Part shown: piece by piece, positions 29,492 to 39,599 of the stretch | Layout: each line of letters begins with the position of its first letter | Numbering within the stretch: position 1 is the first letter of the stretch | Assembly (NCBI GenBank): GCA_965216635.1 | Contig: OZ244188.1 | Coordinates: 256,001 to 320,000, forward strand | Direction of reading: 5' to 3' | DNA: 64,000 nucleotides | DNA from: a bacterium | GTDB lineage: Bacteria > SAR324 > XYD2-FULL-50-16 > G965216635 | The notes under the pieces: model-generated | Told to the model about the DNA's origin: nothing | What the model saw: only the letters and a program-made list of their open reading frames with translations | Database searches by the model: none | Program-made: the position numbers and the translations under genes

Positions 29492-30991
29492 CTAATTTAT
29501 TGAAAGGTTTTTCCAGTTTTCTAATAGATATACCAAAAGTCTCACTCCGAAACCTGTAGCCCCCTCAGTATGGTAATCTTGTTTTCCATCCCAAGCTGTG
29601 CCTGCTATATCTAGGTGTGCCCAAGGTATTTTTGCAGTAAAATTTTTTAAAAACATACCTGCAGTAATTGCTCCTCCCTCTCTACCGCCTATGTTTTTTA
29701 AATCGCTATAGGTTCCTTTAATTTGCGTTTGATATTCTTCATCTATGGGAAGTCTCCAGACTTTATCCCCTGTGATTTTACCGTATTTTTTGAGTTGTTC
29801 AGCTAGAGAATCATTATCGGACATAAGTCCGCAGTTGTGTTTGCCTAGTGCTATTACACAGGCTCCTGTTAGAGTTGCTAAATCAATGATTGCGGTGGGT
29901 TTGAACTTTTTAGCCCCGTAGGCTAAAGCATCGGCTAATATCAATCTACCTTCAGCATCTGTGTTGGCGACTTCTATCGTTTTTCCATTATAGGCAGTAA
30001 TTATATCACCGGGTTTTAAAGCAGAACCATTGACTAAATTCTCAGAAGTGGGAATTAAAGCGGTGACATTAACATCAGGTTGTATTTTTCCAATAGCCTT
30101 CATTGCTCCTAAAACCGCTGCTCCGCCACACATATCAAATTTCATTTCTTCCATATTTAAGGAAGGTTTGATGCTAATTCCTCCACAATCAAAGGTTAGT
30201 CCTTTACCTACAAGCAGAACTGTATCTTTATTTTTTTGAGAGCATTTATATTCCATTATAACCAGATAGGGATCTTTGGATGAACCTTGCGACACCCCTA
30301 AAATACAATTCATTTTTTCTTTTTTGAGTTTTTTTTTATCCAAAAAAGTGGTTTTTATTTTTCCCTCTTTAGCAATTTTTTGTGCTTCTTTCAAAAAAGA
30401 TTCGGGGTAAAAAAAGTTACCAGGGTCGTTGGCACAATCTCGTGCAAAACCGCAAGCAGAGGCTATAATTTCTGATTTTTCTGCGATCTTTTTTAATTCT
30501 GACTCTTTGAAATCAGATAATGCTCCTGTAGATAGTGCTCTTGTGAGATAAATTTGTTTTGGAGGATTGTTTTTTGTTTTGGAAAGAAATTTTTTGTATT
30601 GGTAACTACCAAGCAAAATCCCTTCTAACAACGTTTGTAAATTCATCGGACTCCATCGCTTCTGTTTATTTGGAATGATGATATTTACATTTTTTGCATC
30701 TTTGGATAGAATTTTTTTACCAATTTTCCCGCCTAGTTTTAAAAAATCATGAGTTTGTTCTAGTTTTTCTGTAGCTGCTAGCAGATATTGTTTTTCTTCA
30801 TAAAAAGTACAAAGTAATTTTGTTTTTTCTGTAGCCTGATGCTCTAGGGTTTTTTCTAATAATTTTTTTGTCTGTATCGCAGAACAAAGAAGTTTCTTGT
30901 TTTTGTCAAAGAATATCACTTCAATGGGGGCATTGTTATTTTTATTAAGGGCAAATTTCATAGTTTTATTGTTTGAGTTTTTCAAATACAT
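29492..30991 (-). CDS. pepA: Leucyl aminopeptidase (M17)
   Basis: VGKGLTFDCGG, MKFDMCG and NTDAEGRL. Start uncertain. Confidence 0.95.
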   Translation of the reverse strand: MYLKNSNNKTMKFALNKNNNAPIEVIFFDKNKKLLCSAIQTKKLLEKTLEHQATEKTKLLCTFYEEKQYLLAATEKLEQTHDFLKLGGKIGKKILSKDAKNVNIIIPNKQKRWSPMNLQTLLEGILLGSYQYKKFLSKTKNNPPKQIYLTRALSTGALSDFKESELKKIAEKSEIIASACGFARDCANDPGNFFYPESFLKEAQKIAKEGKIKTTFLDKKKLKKEKMNCILGVSQGSSKDPYLVIMEYKCSQKNKDTVLLVGKGLTFDCGGISIKPSLNMEEMKFDMCGGAAVLGAMKAIGKIQPDVNVTALIPTSENLVNGSALKPGDIITAYNGKTIEVANTDAEGRLILADALAYGAKKFKPTAIIDLATLTGACVIALGKHNCGLMSDNDSLAEQLKKYGKITGDKVWRLPIDEEYQTQIKGTYSDLKNIGGREGGAITAGMFLKNFTAKIPWAHLDIAGTAWDGKQDYHTEGATGFGVRLLVYLLENWKNLSIN

Positions 30992-31101
30992 TTTCTTTGA
31001 GTATAGGGTAAATAATTTAAAAATCAATGAAATAAAATATTCCTCTAAAAAGGCACATTTTTTTCTTTATATTCTGTTATTACAAATTTTTAAAAGAAAC
31101 T

Positions 31102-32880
31102 ATGATTTTAGATAACATTAGAGACACAAGAGAGAAAAAAAAATCATTTTCACCATCTTTTGTTAGAAAAACTTGGGTTATTAAATGTTTCTTTTTCTTA
31201 ATATTCCTGTTGATTCTTACCCGCTCTTTAGAATTACAAATTTTTAAAACTAACGAGCTAGATCAAATGGCTATTAACCAGTACCAGAGATTTAAAAAAT
31301 TACAGACCCAAAGAGGTTCTATCTACGATTCTAAAGGGCAACTTTTATCTTCTTCTATACCTTATTATTCGGCTTTTATTTTGTTAAAACAAGTAGAGGA
31401 CAAACAAAATGTTATAGAAAAATTGGCTCGTATTTTACCACAAACAACAGAAGAAATTTCTAAAAAAATTTATTCTGGGAAAAAATTTATTTGGCTAGAA
31501 AAATTATTCCATTTTGAGCAAAAAAAAAAAATTGAGGATTTAAAACTAGTAGGAGTTCATGTGGTGCAGGATTTCCAGAGGTATTACCCCCTAGAAAATT
31601 TGGCTTCCCATATATTAGGATTTGTAGGCTACGATTCTCAAGGTTTGGAAGGGTTGGAGTATCATTTTAACGATCATCTTTTAGATGTTAAGGGAAGTGT
31701 AAATACGGAAAAAATCAAGGGTAAAGTTTTTGAAGGAGGTAAAATTTTTTTAACGATTGATGAAAATATACAGTATTTTGCTGAGAAGGAATTAAAAAAC
31801 CAAGTAGAAAAAATGCAAGCTTCCCGAGGGCAAGTGATTGTGATGGAGAGTAAAACTGCTTCCATTCTGGCTATGGCAAATTATCCTAGCTATAATCCCA
31901 ATCATTTTGCTGATTATTCCGCTCATAATTACTTCAATCGGACGGTAAATGCAGCTTATGAACCGGGTTCTACCTTTAAAGTTATCACACTAGCCGCTGC
32001 ATTAGAAGAAAAATTGATTAATCCTCAACAAAAAATTTATTGTGAAAAAGGTTCTTTTTTTATTGGAGGCAGTATTATCCGCGATGTGAAACCTTACGCG
32101 CATTTAAAATTGCAAGAGGTATTACAAAAGTCTTCCAATATTTGTGCTTTAAAAATAGGTCGTTTAATAGAGAACAAAAAGTTTTACCAATATATTCTTG
32201 ATTTTGGTTTTGGAGAAAAAACCAATATTGAATTACCCGGCGAAATTAAAGGAGTAGTGCATAACTATAAAAAATGGAGTAATTTAGACAAGGCTGTTAT
32301 TTCTTATGGGCACTCCATATCAGTCACTCCGATTCAACTCATATCAGCGATTAATACAATTGCCAACGATGGAATATATATTTCTCCTACTATTATCCGT
32401 CAAACTCAAAATGCCCTCAATAACTCTGTAAAATCACCTAAACAAAGAAAAAAAAGAGTGGTCAGTGAAAAAACAGCACATATTTTGAGAAAAATGATGG
32501 TAAGTGTAACTCAAGAAGGCGGAACTGGATATTTAGCAAATATACCTAATGTTGAAATAGCTGCTAAAACTGGAACAGCCAGAAAATATGATAAGGAGCA
32601 AAGACAGTATTCTACAGAAAGCCATATTTTGTCTTTTGTTGGTTTTTTGCCAGCAAAAAATCCCCAATTAACTATTCTAGTCATACTAGATGATCCTCAA
32701 AAAATAAAAGGGGTACATCGTAGTGCCGCTCCTTTGTTTAAACTGGTTGCTAAAGCAACTATTCGTCATTATGGGATGGAAAACACCAAACGTATTTGGG
32801 GAATTGAGAAGAAAAAATTCAAAAAAGAAACTGTAGTTCAGGATAATTCTACTATAACGCTTTTGAGACCTTTGAATTAG
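31102..32880 (+). CDS. ftsI: Penicillin-binding protein, FtsI/PBP3-like
   Basis: N-terminal transmembrane segment, RGSIYD, R.YP, GLEGLE, EPGSTFK, SSN and KTGT. Confidence 0.85.
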   Translation: MILDNIRDTREKKKSFSPSFVRKTWVIKCFFFLIFLLILTRSLELQIFKTNELDQMAINQYQRFKKLQTQRGSIYDSKGQLLSSSIPYYSAFILLKQVEDKQNVIEKLARILPQTTEEISKKIYSGKKFIWLEKLFHFEQKKKIEDLKLVGVHVVQDFQRYYPLENLASHILGFVGYDSQGLEGLEYHFNDHLLDVKGSVNTEKIKGKVFEGGKIFLTIDENIQYFAEKELKNQVEKMQASRGQVIVMESKTASILAMANYPSYNPNHFADYSAHNYFNRTVNAAYEPGSTFKVITLAAALEEKLINPQQKIYCEKGSFFIGGSIIRDVKPYAHLKLQEVLQKSSNICALKIGRLIENKKFYQYILDFGFGEKTNIELPGEIKGVVHNYKKWSNLDKAVISYGHSISVTPIQLISAINTIANDGIYISPTIIRQTQNALNNSVKSPKQRKKRVVSEKTAHILRKMMVSVTQEGGTGYLANIPNVEIAAKTGTARKYDKEQRQYSTESHILSFVGFLPAKNPQLTILVILDDPQKIKGVHRSAAPLFKLVAKATIRHYGMENTKRIWGIEKKKFKKETVVQDNSTITLLRPLN

Positions 32881-33029
32881 TGTTATAGACCTTTGAATTT
32901 GCCAAATAGGACAAAACTAGCTGTGACGGCTAGCCAAATGGTCATACCAGTAGCTCTTTTGCTAAAGCCTGTATTGGCGTAAAAGTAATAAGCTTGTTGG
33001 CTAAACAGAACGCTAATTCAAAGGTCTCA
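32864..33029. mobile_element. MITE with a doubled left end; provides the ftsI stop codon
   Basis: TGAGACCTTTGAATTAG...CTAATTCAAAGGTCTCA, plus an internal TAGACCTTTGAATTTG at about 32886. Confidence 0.85.
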
Positions 33030-33070
33030 CCTTTATCTTACTTAAAAAATTAGAGTAATGGTACCTAGAA

Positions 33071-33883
33071 ATGACTACAAAACTTAAGCCATCTGAAAAA
33101 GTGGTAGAAAAACGTTTTATCATTTGCTCCCCTTTAAGGAGAATTTTGTCTTTTTTCGTAGATATTTTTTTTCTTATTCTTTTTTTTAGATTTGTTTTAT
33201 TTACTCTTTTTACGCAATCTCACTGGGATATTGAATTGAATATAGAAAAAAATATTCTATTTTCTAGTCTGCTTGCCTTTTTTTTATTTTTATGCAAGGA
33301 TCTTTTTGGAGGTCGCAGTCTGGGTAAGATTTTTTTTGCTATTGTAGTGAGAAATGTTGCTAGAGACGCTGTAGGCAATTTTTCTAAACCATATAGAAGG
33401 CATCTTTTTTTAAGGAATATTCCTTTATTGCTTTTTCCAGTAGAATTATTTTTCCTTTTACGAGATAATTATAGTCGTAGGTTAGGAGATAGGTGGGTAG
33501 GCACTTTTGTTTTACTAGATAAAGAAAAAACTTCAAAAAACAATCCCATTCGTTGGTTGACTTTGCGAGTTTTGTTGTTTATATTCTTACTTGCCTTGTT
33601 GGTAAGTAGTTATTTTATTCTTGCGCCTATCCAAGTAAAAAAATCTTACGCTTATCAAGTAGCAATAGAGGCATTAGAAGCAGATATTTCCATTCAAAAA
33701 GAGTTTGGACAGATTGTTTCTTATGGTTATTGGCCCGAATTTTATAGAAAAGGAAATCAATTTCAGATCAATTTATCCTTTAAAGGACAATATTTTGATG
33801 GAAAAGCGTATATTTCACTTGATTTTAATGAAAAAAGTCATTATTTTTTAAAAGACTTGAAAATTATCAAAAAAAATGGTTGA
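33071..33883 (+). CDS. RDD family membrane protein
   Basis: RRILSFFVD, GRSLGK, LRN and RRLGDRWVGT.V. Confidence 0.8.
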   Translation: MTTKLKPSEKVVEKRFIICSPLRRILSFFVDIFFLILFFRFVLFTLFTQSHWDIELNIEKNILFSSLLAFFLFLCKDLFGGRSLGKIFFAIVVRNVARDAVGNFSKPYRRHLFLRNIPLLLFPVELFFLLRDNYSRRLGDRWVGTFVLLDKEKTSKNNPIRWLTLRVLLFIFLLALLVSSYFILAPIQVKKSYAYQVAIEALEADISIQKEFGQIVSYGYWPEFYRKGNQFQINLSFKGQYFDGKAYISLDFNEKSHYFLKDLKIIKKNG

Positions 33884-34040
33884 CTTTTATTTCACTTGAT
33901 TTTAATGAAAAAAGTTATTATTTTTTAAAAGACTTGAAAATTATCAAAAAAAATGGTTGACTTTTATTTCACTTGATTTTAATGAAAAAAGTCATTATTT
34001 TTTAAAAGACTTGAAAATTATCAAAAAAAATGGTTGACTT
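33811..34040 (+). repeat. ~78-bp tandem triplication of the RDD gene 3' end
   Basis: TATTTCACTTGATTTTAATGAAAAAAG...AAATGGTTGACTTT occurs three times. Confidence 0.95.
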
Positions 34041-34179
34041 TAGGAGAGGAATAGTTTAAGAAAAGAAAAATGTTGCTTTGTTAAGACATTGAGTCTAGAA
34101 CAAGGTAAGGAAAAGTGAAGGATTTGTATGGGTAAGAGTTTTTGTTTGTAATATTAAATCAATAAATTAAGTTATAATT

Positions 34180-36084
34180 ATGGAAGAAATAGAATATGGT
34201 CCAGAGGTTGTTCATCCTGAGAAAGAGAGTGCAGTTGGTAGTAGGAATAGTTTGGCACGCAAAGGAAGGGTTGAATATAAGGAATCCAGTTTACTGATAG
34301 ATGAGGAAATTGATAGAATTTTAAATCATATTAGTAGTAAACTCCCGCCTGAGGTTCTCAATAAAGTGGATGTAATGAATGGGGTCAAAGAAAAACTCCA
34401 TAATTACTACAACATGTCTTTTCAAAATATGATGAACCGTTATTTGACCACTACAGAAGATGAAATGACGAAAAAATATAGAGACCTTATAAGCATGGAA
34501 GAGCATAAAGGCTTGCATAAATATACGCCTAGGCTGATTTCTAGTATTTTAGAAAGTATTGGCGGAATAGATAAGTTTAATATAGGGGAAATTGATAAAT
34601 CTGTAGTCAACATTTATGGACATTTACAAGGATCAGTGCAAAGATCTTTATATACCTTAGAGACAGAGACTAATTCTATTTTAAGACAAAAAACAGATGT
34701 AGGAGCCTTTATTAGAGGCGAGAATACTTATTCTATAGCTAAATGTTCTATCAAGGATAGTCTAGAAAAACCAACCACTGTTAGTGATTTAAAGATGGCT
34801 ATTAATATATTAGATTCTGAGCTGATTAGTGCTATCTTGCACCTGCATACAAATTCATCTATTTTACTGCAATCTATCGCTTCTGAAGAGATTATGACTT
34901 ACTTGGAAGAAGAGATTAAAAAAATCAATTTCGCTCTCATGAACGAAGGTAAATTAGAGCTAGCGGATAATGAATCTATTCTTAAAAAAATTCAATTGTT
35001 AGAAAACTATGTTGGAGATGATAAGACTTCAGAAACTTCTACTCGCTATCAACTTGTAGCAAAACATATTTTGGACGCTGTAGATAAAGTTTTAGTGAAA
35101 ACCGAAGATAAGAACCTCTTAAGCGTTAGACACAACGTCCAAAAGGTATTAGAAATGGAAGGGGTGCGTAATAGGGGCTATAATACGGCTGTGAATACTT
35201 TAACAAATGTTTTGGACACTTCTAAAATGAGTTATCAGAATATAGAAAACGCTAAAGGCGCTAGAGTTTGTAGGATCAGTGAATATACAGATAAAAATGA
35301 AGACGAATTACCTGATGAAAGATATACTATATCTCTCAGCTATTACGATGCAGATCAAATTGATTCTATGCGTGATGCCTATGAGAGACAATTTATAGAA
35401 TTTCAAAAAAGATTTGAGGACGCTTTGTTTGTGATAGAAGAGAGATATTTTGAATATAAGAGTGAGAAAAAATTTGTTGATTATGCTGATATTGTATCAG
35501 ATATGGAGAGATCTGAGGAAAAGGCAGCTAGAGCTTCATCTCAGGAAGGTAAAGGTAGCTTTTTGTCAAGGTTTTTAAACCCCAGTATATCTCAAAAAGA
35601 AGAGGTTGAAGCAGACGAGAAAAGTGATTTTGATGGCTCTATTTGGAATGAATTTATTTTTAGAAAACCTGGAGAAAAAGATGATATTGTTCCTTATAAC
35701 AAATTTGATGTAGATATTAGAGAAATTAGAGAAAAATTAGTTCATATGAATTCTCGTTTGACTCAAATCTATTCTAGACACTTCCCTGAATATCGCGTTA
35801 TTGTTGAAACTAGATTGTCAAAACTAGTTAAGGATTTCAATTGGTTTGTTTCTCAAATTAACCCATTCCAGATTCAACCAGGGATTTGTTTAGAAATAGA
35901 TATTACTTCAATAAAAAGGAAAAAAACTACAATTATGACAATGGCAAATGTTCTTAATGAGTTTTTACACGCAGTTTCAAAAGGCTTTTCTGATTCTGCG
36001 TTTGCTAATTTCCAAAGAAGGAGATCCAGTATTAGAGACGATATAGATAGAGAATTTACTTTTTTCCCCGAAGATACAAAATAA
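34180..36084 (+). CDS. cfpA: Cytoplasmic filament protein CfpA homologue
   Basis: HPEKESAVGSRNSLA, KLPPEVL, N+YGHLQG, RQKTDVGAFIRGEN and ITSIKRKKTT..MANVLNEFL match Treponema CfpA as I recall it. Confidence 0.85.
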   Translation: MEEIEYGPEVVHPEKESAVGSRNSLARKGRVEYKESSLLIDEEIDRILNHISSKLPPEVLNKVDVMNGVKEKLHNYYNMSFQNMMNRYLTTTEDEMTKKYRDLISMEEHKGLHKYTPRLISSILESIGGIDKFNIGEIDKSVVNIYGHLQGSVQRSLYTLETETNSILRQKTDVGAFIRGENTYSIAKCSIKDSLEKPTTVSDLKMAINILDSELISAILHLHTNSSILLQSIASEEIMTYLEEEIKKINFALMNEGKLELADNESILKKIQLLENYVGDDKTSETSTRYQLVAKHILDAVDKVLVKTEDKNLLSVRHNVQKVLEMEGVRNRGYNTAVNTLTNVLDTSKMSYQNIENAKGARVCRISEYTDKNEDELPDERYTISLSYYDADQIDSMRDAYERQFIEFQKRFEDALFVIEERYFEYKSEKKFVDYADIVSDMERSEEKAARASSQEGKGSFLSRFLNPSISQKEEVEADEKSDFDGSIWNEFIFRKPGEKDDIVPYNKFDVDIREIREKLVHMNSRLTQIYSRHFPEYRVIVETRLSKLVKDFNWFVSQINPFQIQPGICLEIDITSIKRKKTTIMTMANVLNEFLHAVSKGFSDSAFANFQRRRSSIRDDIDREFTFFPEDTK

Positions 36085-36244
36085 CAATCCGCAGTGAACG
36101 ATTGTAATTTTCAAAACTGTAAAAAACTAAAATCTTTCCTTTTTTTTGCCCTTTTATCTACGGTAAGACCTATGCCCCAATAATTGGCACCAGTAATTGG
36201 AGCCAATGATTGGAGCCAGTATTATTGCTAGGTGGTAAGGTTTT

Positions 36245-36470
36245 AGTTTTTTTTGCTAAAAATGATATTTCATACTTTCGGAAAAGCAAAAAGAGTAAAA
36301 ATTTAGCGTTAAGCAAAGACGAACTGCAAAAGAGCCACTGGTACGACCATTTGGCTCATACCAGTGGCTCTTTTGCAATAGTATGTTTGAAATTTAAAGC
36401 AAAAAGGCGTATTAATACCTAATTCAATGAGAAATTAAACATTGCAGAGGTTATTTTCTATAAAATTTTT
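36245..36470. repeat. Single hairpin-array unit upstream of TpsA-1
   Basis: Same unit as the arrays at 39.6, 46.8 and 52.6 kb. Confidence 0.9.
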
Positions 36471-36507
36471 ATTTTTTTGTTAAACTATACAAACTTACTT
36501 TTTTTTA

Positions 36508-36728
36508 TAGACCTTTGAATTTCGCTGATGCGACGGCAAAGCTAAACAGAATGCAAATTCAAAAGTCTATTTTATAGACCTTTGAATTTCGCTGATGTGA
36601 CAGCTAGCCAAATGGTTGGAACAGGTGCGAAAAATTTTTTTAGCTCGCTGGAATACTGAAGTATTTCAAGAGTTAAAAAATTTTTTCAACGCTGCTTTGG
36701 CTAAACAGAATGCAAATTCAAAAGTCTA
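36508..36728. mobile_element. Two adjacent MITEs (36508-36569 and 36575-36728)
   Basis: Each runs TAGACCTTTGAATTTC...CAAATTCAAAAGTCTA. Confidence 0.85.
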
Positions 36729-36762
36729 TTTTATTATTAAAAATCAACCTAACCATGTAACC

Positions 36763-39366
36763 ATGAAAAAAATACTACCCTTATTATTGTTGTTTGTTTT
36801 GAGTATCTCCTTTATTAAAAGCAATGTTGTTTTGGCTCAAGCAACAATTGATATAAAAGCACCCAATGCAAATGGGCTTTCTAACAATAGAGTGACCGAT
36901 TTTGATGTCAACACAGATGGAACTATTTTAAACAATAGTGCAGCTGGAGGCACAGCCCAGCTAGGCTCTACAGCAGTGAGTGCCAATCCCAATATTACAG
37001 CAGGTAGCGAAGCAGAACTTATACTATTCCAAGTAACAGGAAGCACTACCAGTGAGTTAGACGGAAAAATAGAAATATTTGGTAGGGAAGCCGGAGTAAT
37101 TATAGCGAATCCTAAGGGAATTAACTGTGATGGTTGCGGCTTTATCAATGCAAATAGAGTGGATCTGGTAACGGGTAGTGGTTATGATGCAAACGCAAAT
37201 ACATTCAGCACTATTTCAAATACTAGTATCAATGTAAGCGGTGGTGGCTTGGATGCTGTTGATGTAGATGTTTTAAACATACGCGCTGGATATCGCTTTA
37301 TCAATGATGGTGCAACGATTAACGCTGATAGCTTTAATGTTACAACTGGAAATTCCTTTTACAACAGAAATTCAGCAACGATTAACGCAGATAGTTTCAA
37401 TGTCACAGCTGGATCTTTATTTGCCAATACAGCTTCCGCAACGATTAACGCGCACACCTTGACGATTGAAGTAACGGACTCTGATAAGCATATTGAAAAT
37501 TATGCAACTGTTTCTACAGATACTTTAAATTTTATACTCACCGCTGATTTCACCAGTAACAGCAGTCTTTTACATGGCTTTGCCTTTCTAAACTTTACCT
37601 TCAATAATTTAAGAGTTTCTACAGAAGGTTATTTTATTAATAAAGCTAACCTTGTTGTAGATAGCTTTAATGTTACAACTGGAACTTACTTTATCAATCA
37701 AAGAGCAACGATTAACGCAGATAGCTTTAATGTTACAACTGGAACTTACTTTCGCAACAGAAATTCAGCAACGATTAACGCAGATAGCTTTAATGTTACT
37801 GCTGGAACTGACTTTAGCAATCTCACTTCCGCAACGATTAACGCAGATAGCTTTAATGTTACGGCTGTAGGTGACTTTGAAAACTCCGCTAGCATTAACG
37901 CTGATACCCTTTTGAATATCGCATTGACTGACGCAGCTGTTAGTTTTACTAATACTGGCGGAGTAGCTAGTGCAGATACTTTCAATCTTTCTGTAGTGGG
38001 CGATCTTGATTATACTAATAGAGGAACGATTAATTCTAACAACTTCAATCTCAATGTTGGTGGTAATTTTACTAACAACGATGCAACCAATGATTTTATT
38101 TGGAATGCAAACGATAGTTTGATTGTATCTGGGAGTGCTTCTGTTATTGCAAATAGTTTTAATAATAGCGGAACTCTAAATGCTAATAGCTTTGATATTA
38201 CAGCGACGGATCTTACTAACACTGGAACTATTAATGCTAATACTACTTTGACTAGCACAGCAAGTAACAGTTTTTCTAATACTGGCGGAGTAGCTAATGC
38301 AGATACATTCAATCTTTCTGTAGGCGGTGATTTTAACTATGTTGCTGATAGAGGAACTATTAATTCTAACAACTTCAATCTCAATGTTGGTGGTAATTTT
38401 ACTAACAACGATGCAGCCAACGATTTTACTTGGGGTGCAAACGATAGTTTAGTTGTATCTGGAGATGCTGATATTACCACAAGAAATTTTACTCAATCTG
38501 GGGTAGTAGATGTTGGCGGCACTTTTACTATTAATGCAGGGGCTCTTATTCGCAATGAAGGAACTATTGATACTCATACCTTAGGTATTAATACAAATAG
38601 CATTCATAATCCAGGAAATATTACCGCCACCTATTTGGCTATCACAGCAATGAACGATGTTTTTTCAGGGGGAAGCATCACAACTTCTACTTTGAATATT
38701 AATGCTGGAAGGAACTTTGCCAACCACGGAGGTATTACTGCTAATAACTCTTTTGAAATTACCTCTGGAAATACAGTTGAAAACCACGGGTCCATTGTTT
38801 CTGATAGCTTAGATATAACTGTAGCGGATTATTTTAGAAATTTAAGCGGCGGGGATATTAATGTAGCTACTTTAAATATCACAGCTGGAGGCAAAGTTAC
38901 AAATATAGCTACTATTACTGCTGGAACTTTGAATATTACAGCAAATAATGACTCCTCCAGAACAGACGATACAGGCTTTTATGTTGCTAACCGAGGAGAT
39001 ATTCAGGCGACTACTCTAAACATAACAGCAGCAGATAATTTTTATAACCGAGGAGATATTAGCGCAAATACTTCCGATATCACTGCAAAAAATATTTTTT
39101 TCCTTAATACAGAAATAGCTAGTTTTTATGCTTCTGGAGGCACTTATGATGGCGGAGATATTTCTCTTACAGGGGATTCTAGTTTTACAACAACTGGTAG
39201 AATAGAAAACTACGGATTGATAGATCTCAATGGTTCTAATTTAGATATTACAGCGAAGACATTTATCAATCAAAAAGATGCTACCATTGATGCTGCTACA
39301 TTAAACCTCAATGTTAACTCCTTCATTGATGAGGGCACTATTACTGCCACAACCAACAACCAATAG
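36763..39366 (+). CDS. Filamentous haemagglutinin-like TpsA exoprotein 1 (867 aa)
   Basis: Sec signal MKKILPLLLL, TPS domain (NGLSNN, NPN, ANPKGINCDGCGFIN) and beta-helix repeats. The longer ORF extension upstream is MITE sequence. Confidence 0.88.
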   Translation: MKKILPLLLLFVLSISFIKSNVVLAQATIDIKAPNANGLSNNRVTDFDVNTDGTILNNSAAGGTAQLGSTAVSANPNITAGSEAELILFQVTGSTTSELDGKIEIFGREAGVIIANPKGINCDGCGFINANRVDLVTGSGYDANANTFSTISNTSINVSGGGLDAVDVDVLNIRAGYRFINDGATINADSFNVTTGNSFYNRNSATINADSFNVTAGSLFANTASATINAHTLTIEVTDSDKHIENYATVSTDTLNFILTADFTSNSSLLHGFAFLNFTFNNLRVSTEGYFINKANLVVDSFNVTTGTYFINQRATINADSFNVTTGTYFRNRNSATINADSFNVTAGTDFSNLTSATINADSFNVTAVGDFENSASINADTLLNIALTDAAVSFTNTGGVASADTFNLSVVGDLDYTNRGTINSNNFNLNVGGNFTNNDATNDFIWNANDSLIVSGSASVIANSFNNSGTLNANSFDITATDLTNTGTINANTTLTSTASNSFSNTGGVANADTFNLSVGGDFNYVADRGTINSNNFNLNVGGNFTNNDAANDFTWGANDSLVVSGDADITTRNFTQSGVVDVGGTFTINAGALIRNEGTIDTHTLGINTNSIHNPGNITATYLAITAMNDVFSGGSITTSTLNINAGRNFANHGGITANNSFEITSGNTVENHGSIVSDSLDITVADYFRNLSGGDINVATLNITAGGKVTNIATITAGTLNITANNDSSRTDDTGFYVANRGDIQATTLNITAADNFYNRGDISANTSDITAKNIFFLNTEIASFYASGGTYDGGDISLTGDSSFTTTGRIENYGLIDLNGSNLDITAKTFINQKDATIDAATLNLNVNSFIDEGTITATTNNQ

Positions 39367-39369
39367 AGG

Positions 39370-39580
39370 TTAGTTCGGTTTTATCCTTAAAATCAAGGAA
39401 AAAGCCTATACCAACTACTTCTCATACAAGCTATAGAAAAAGCACTTTTTCTACGCCATTAAATAAAAATTCAACACACAGCAAAGAAAAAATTCAGCAC
39501 ACAGCAAAGACGAAATGCAAACTAGAATTTTTTAAGGAAAAACTCCTGACAAGGAAGTTTTTTTTGCTAAAAACTATATT
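39370..39580 (+). repeat. Conserved ~200-bp 3' block after each TpsA (also ~46555-46770, 52346-52560, 59658-59868)
   Basis: TTAGTTCGGTTTTATCCTTAAAA...TAGAAAAAGCACTTTTTCTA...CACACAGCAAAGA (twice)...TTTTAAGGAAAA in all four copies. Confidence 0.9.
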
Positions 39581-39599
39581 TCATACTCGGAAAGAAGTT

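Noticed and set aside
36210..36422. Small ORFs read through array units (also 53760-53942)
   Set aside because: They are translations of the repeat from TTG starts with no clear RBS, and the frame is not kept in most units.
36616..36762. N-terminal extensions of TpsA-1, -2, -4 and the MFS gene (MSYL.NSKVY)
   Set aside because: These are read-through of MITE sequence. The signal-peptide ATGs lie downstream.
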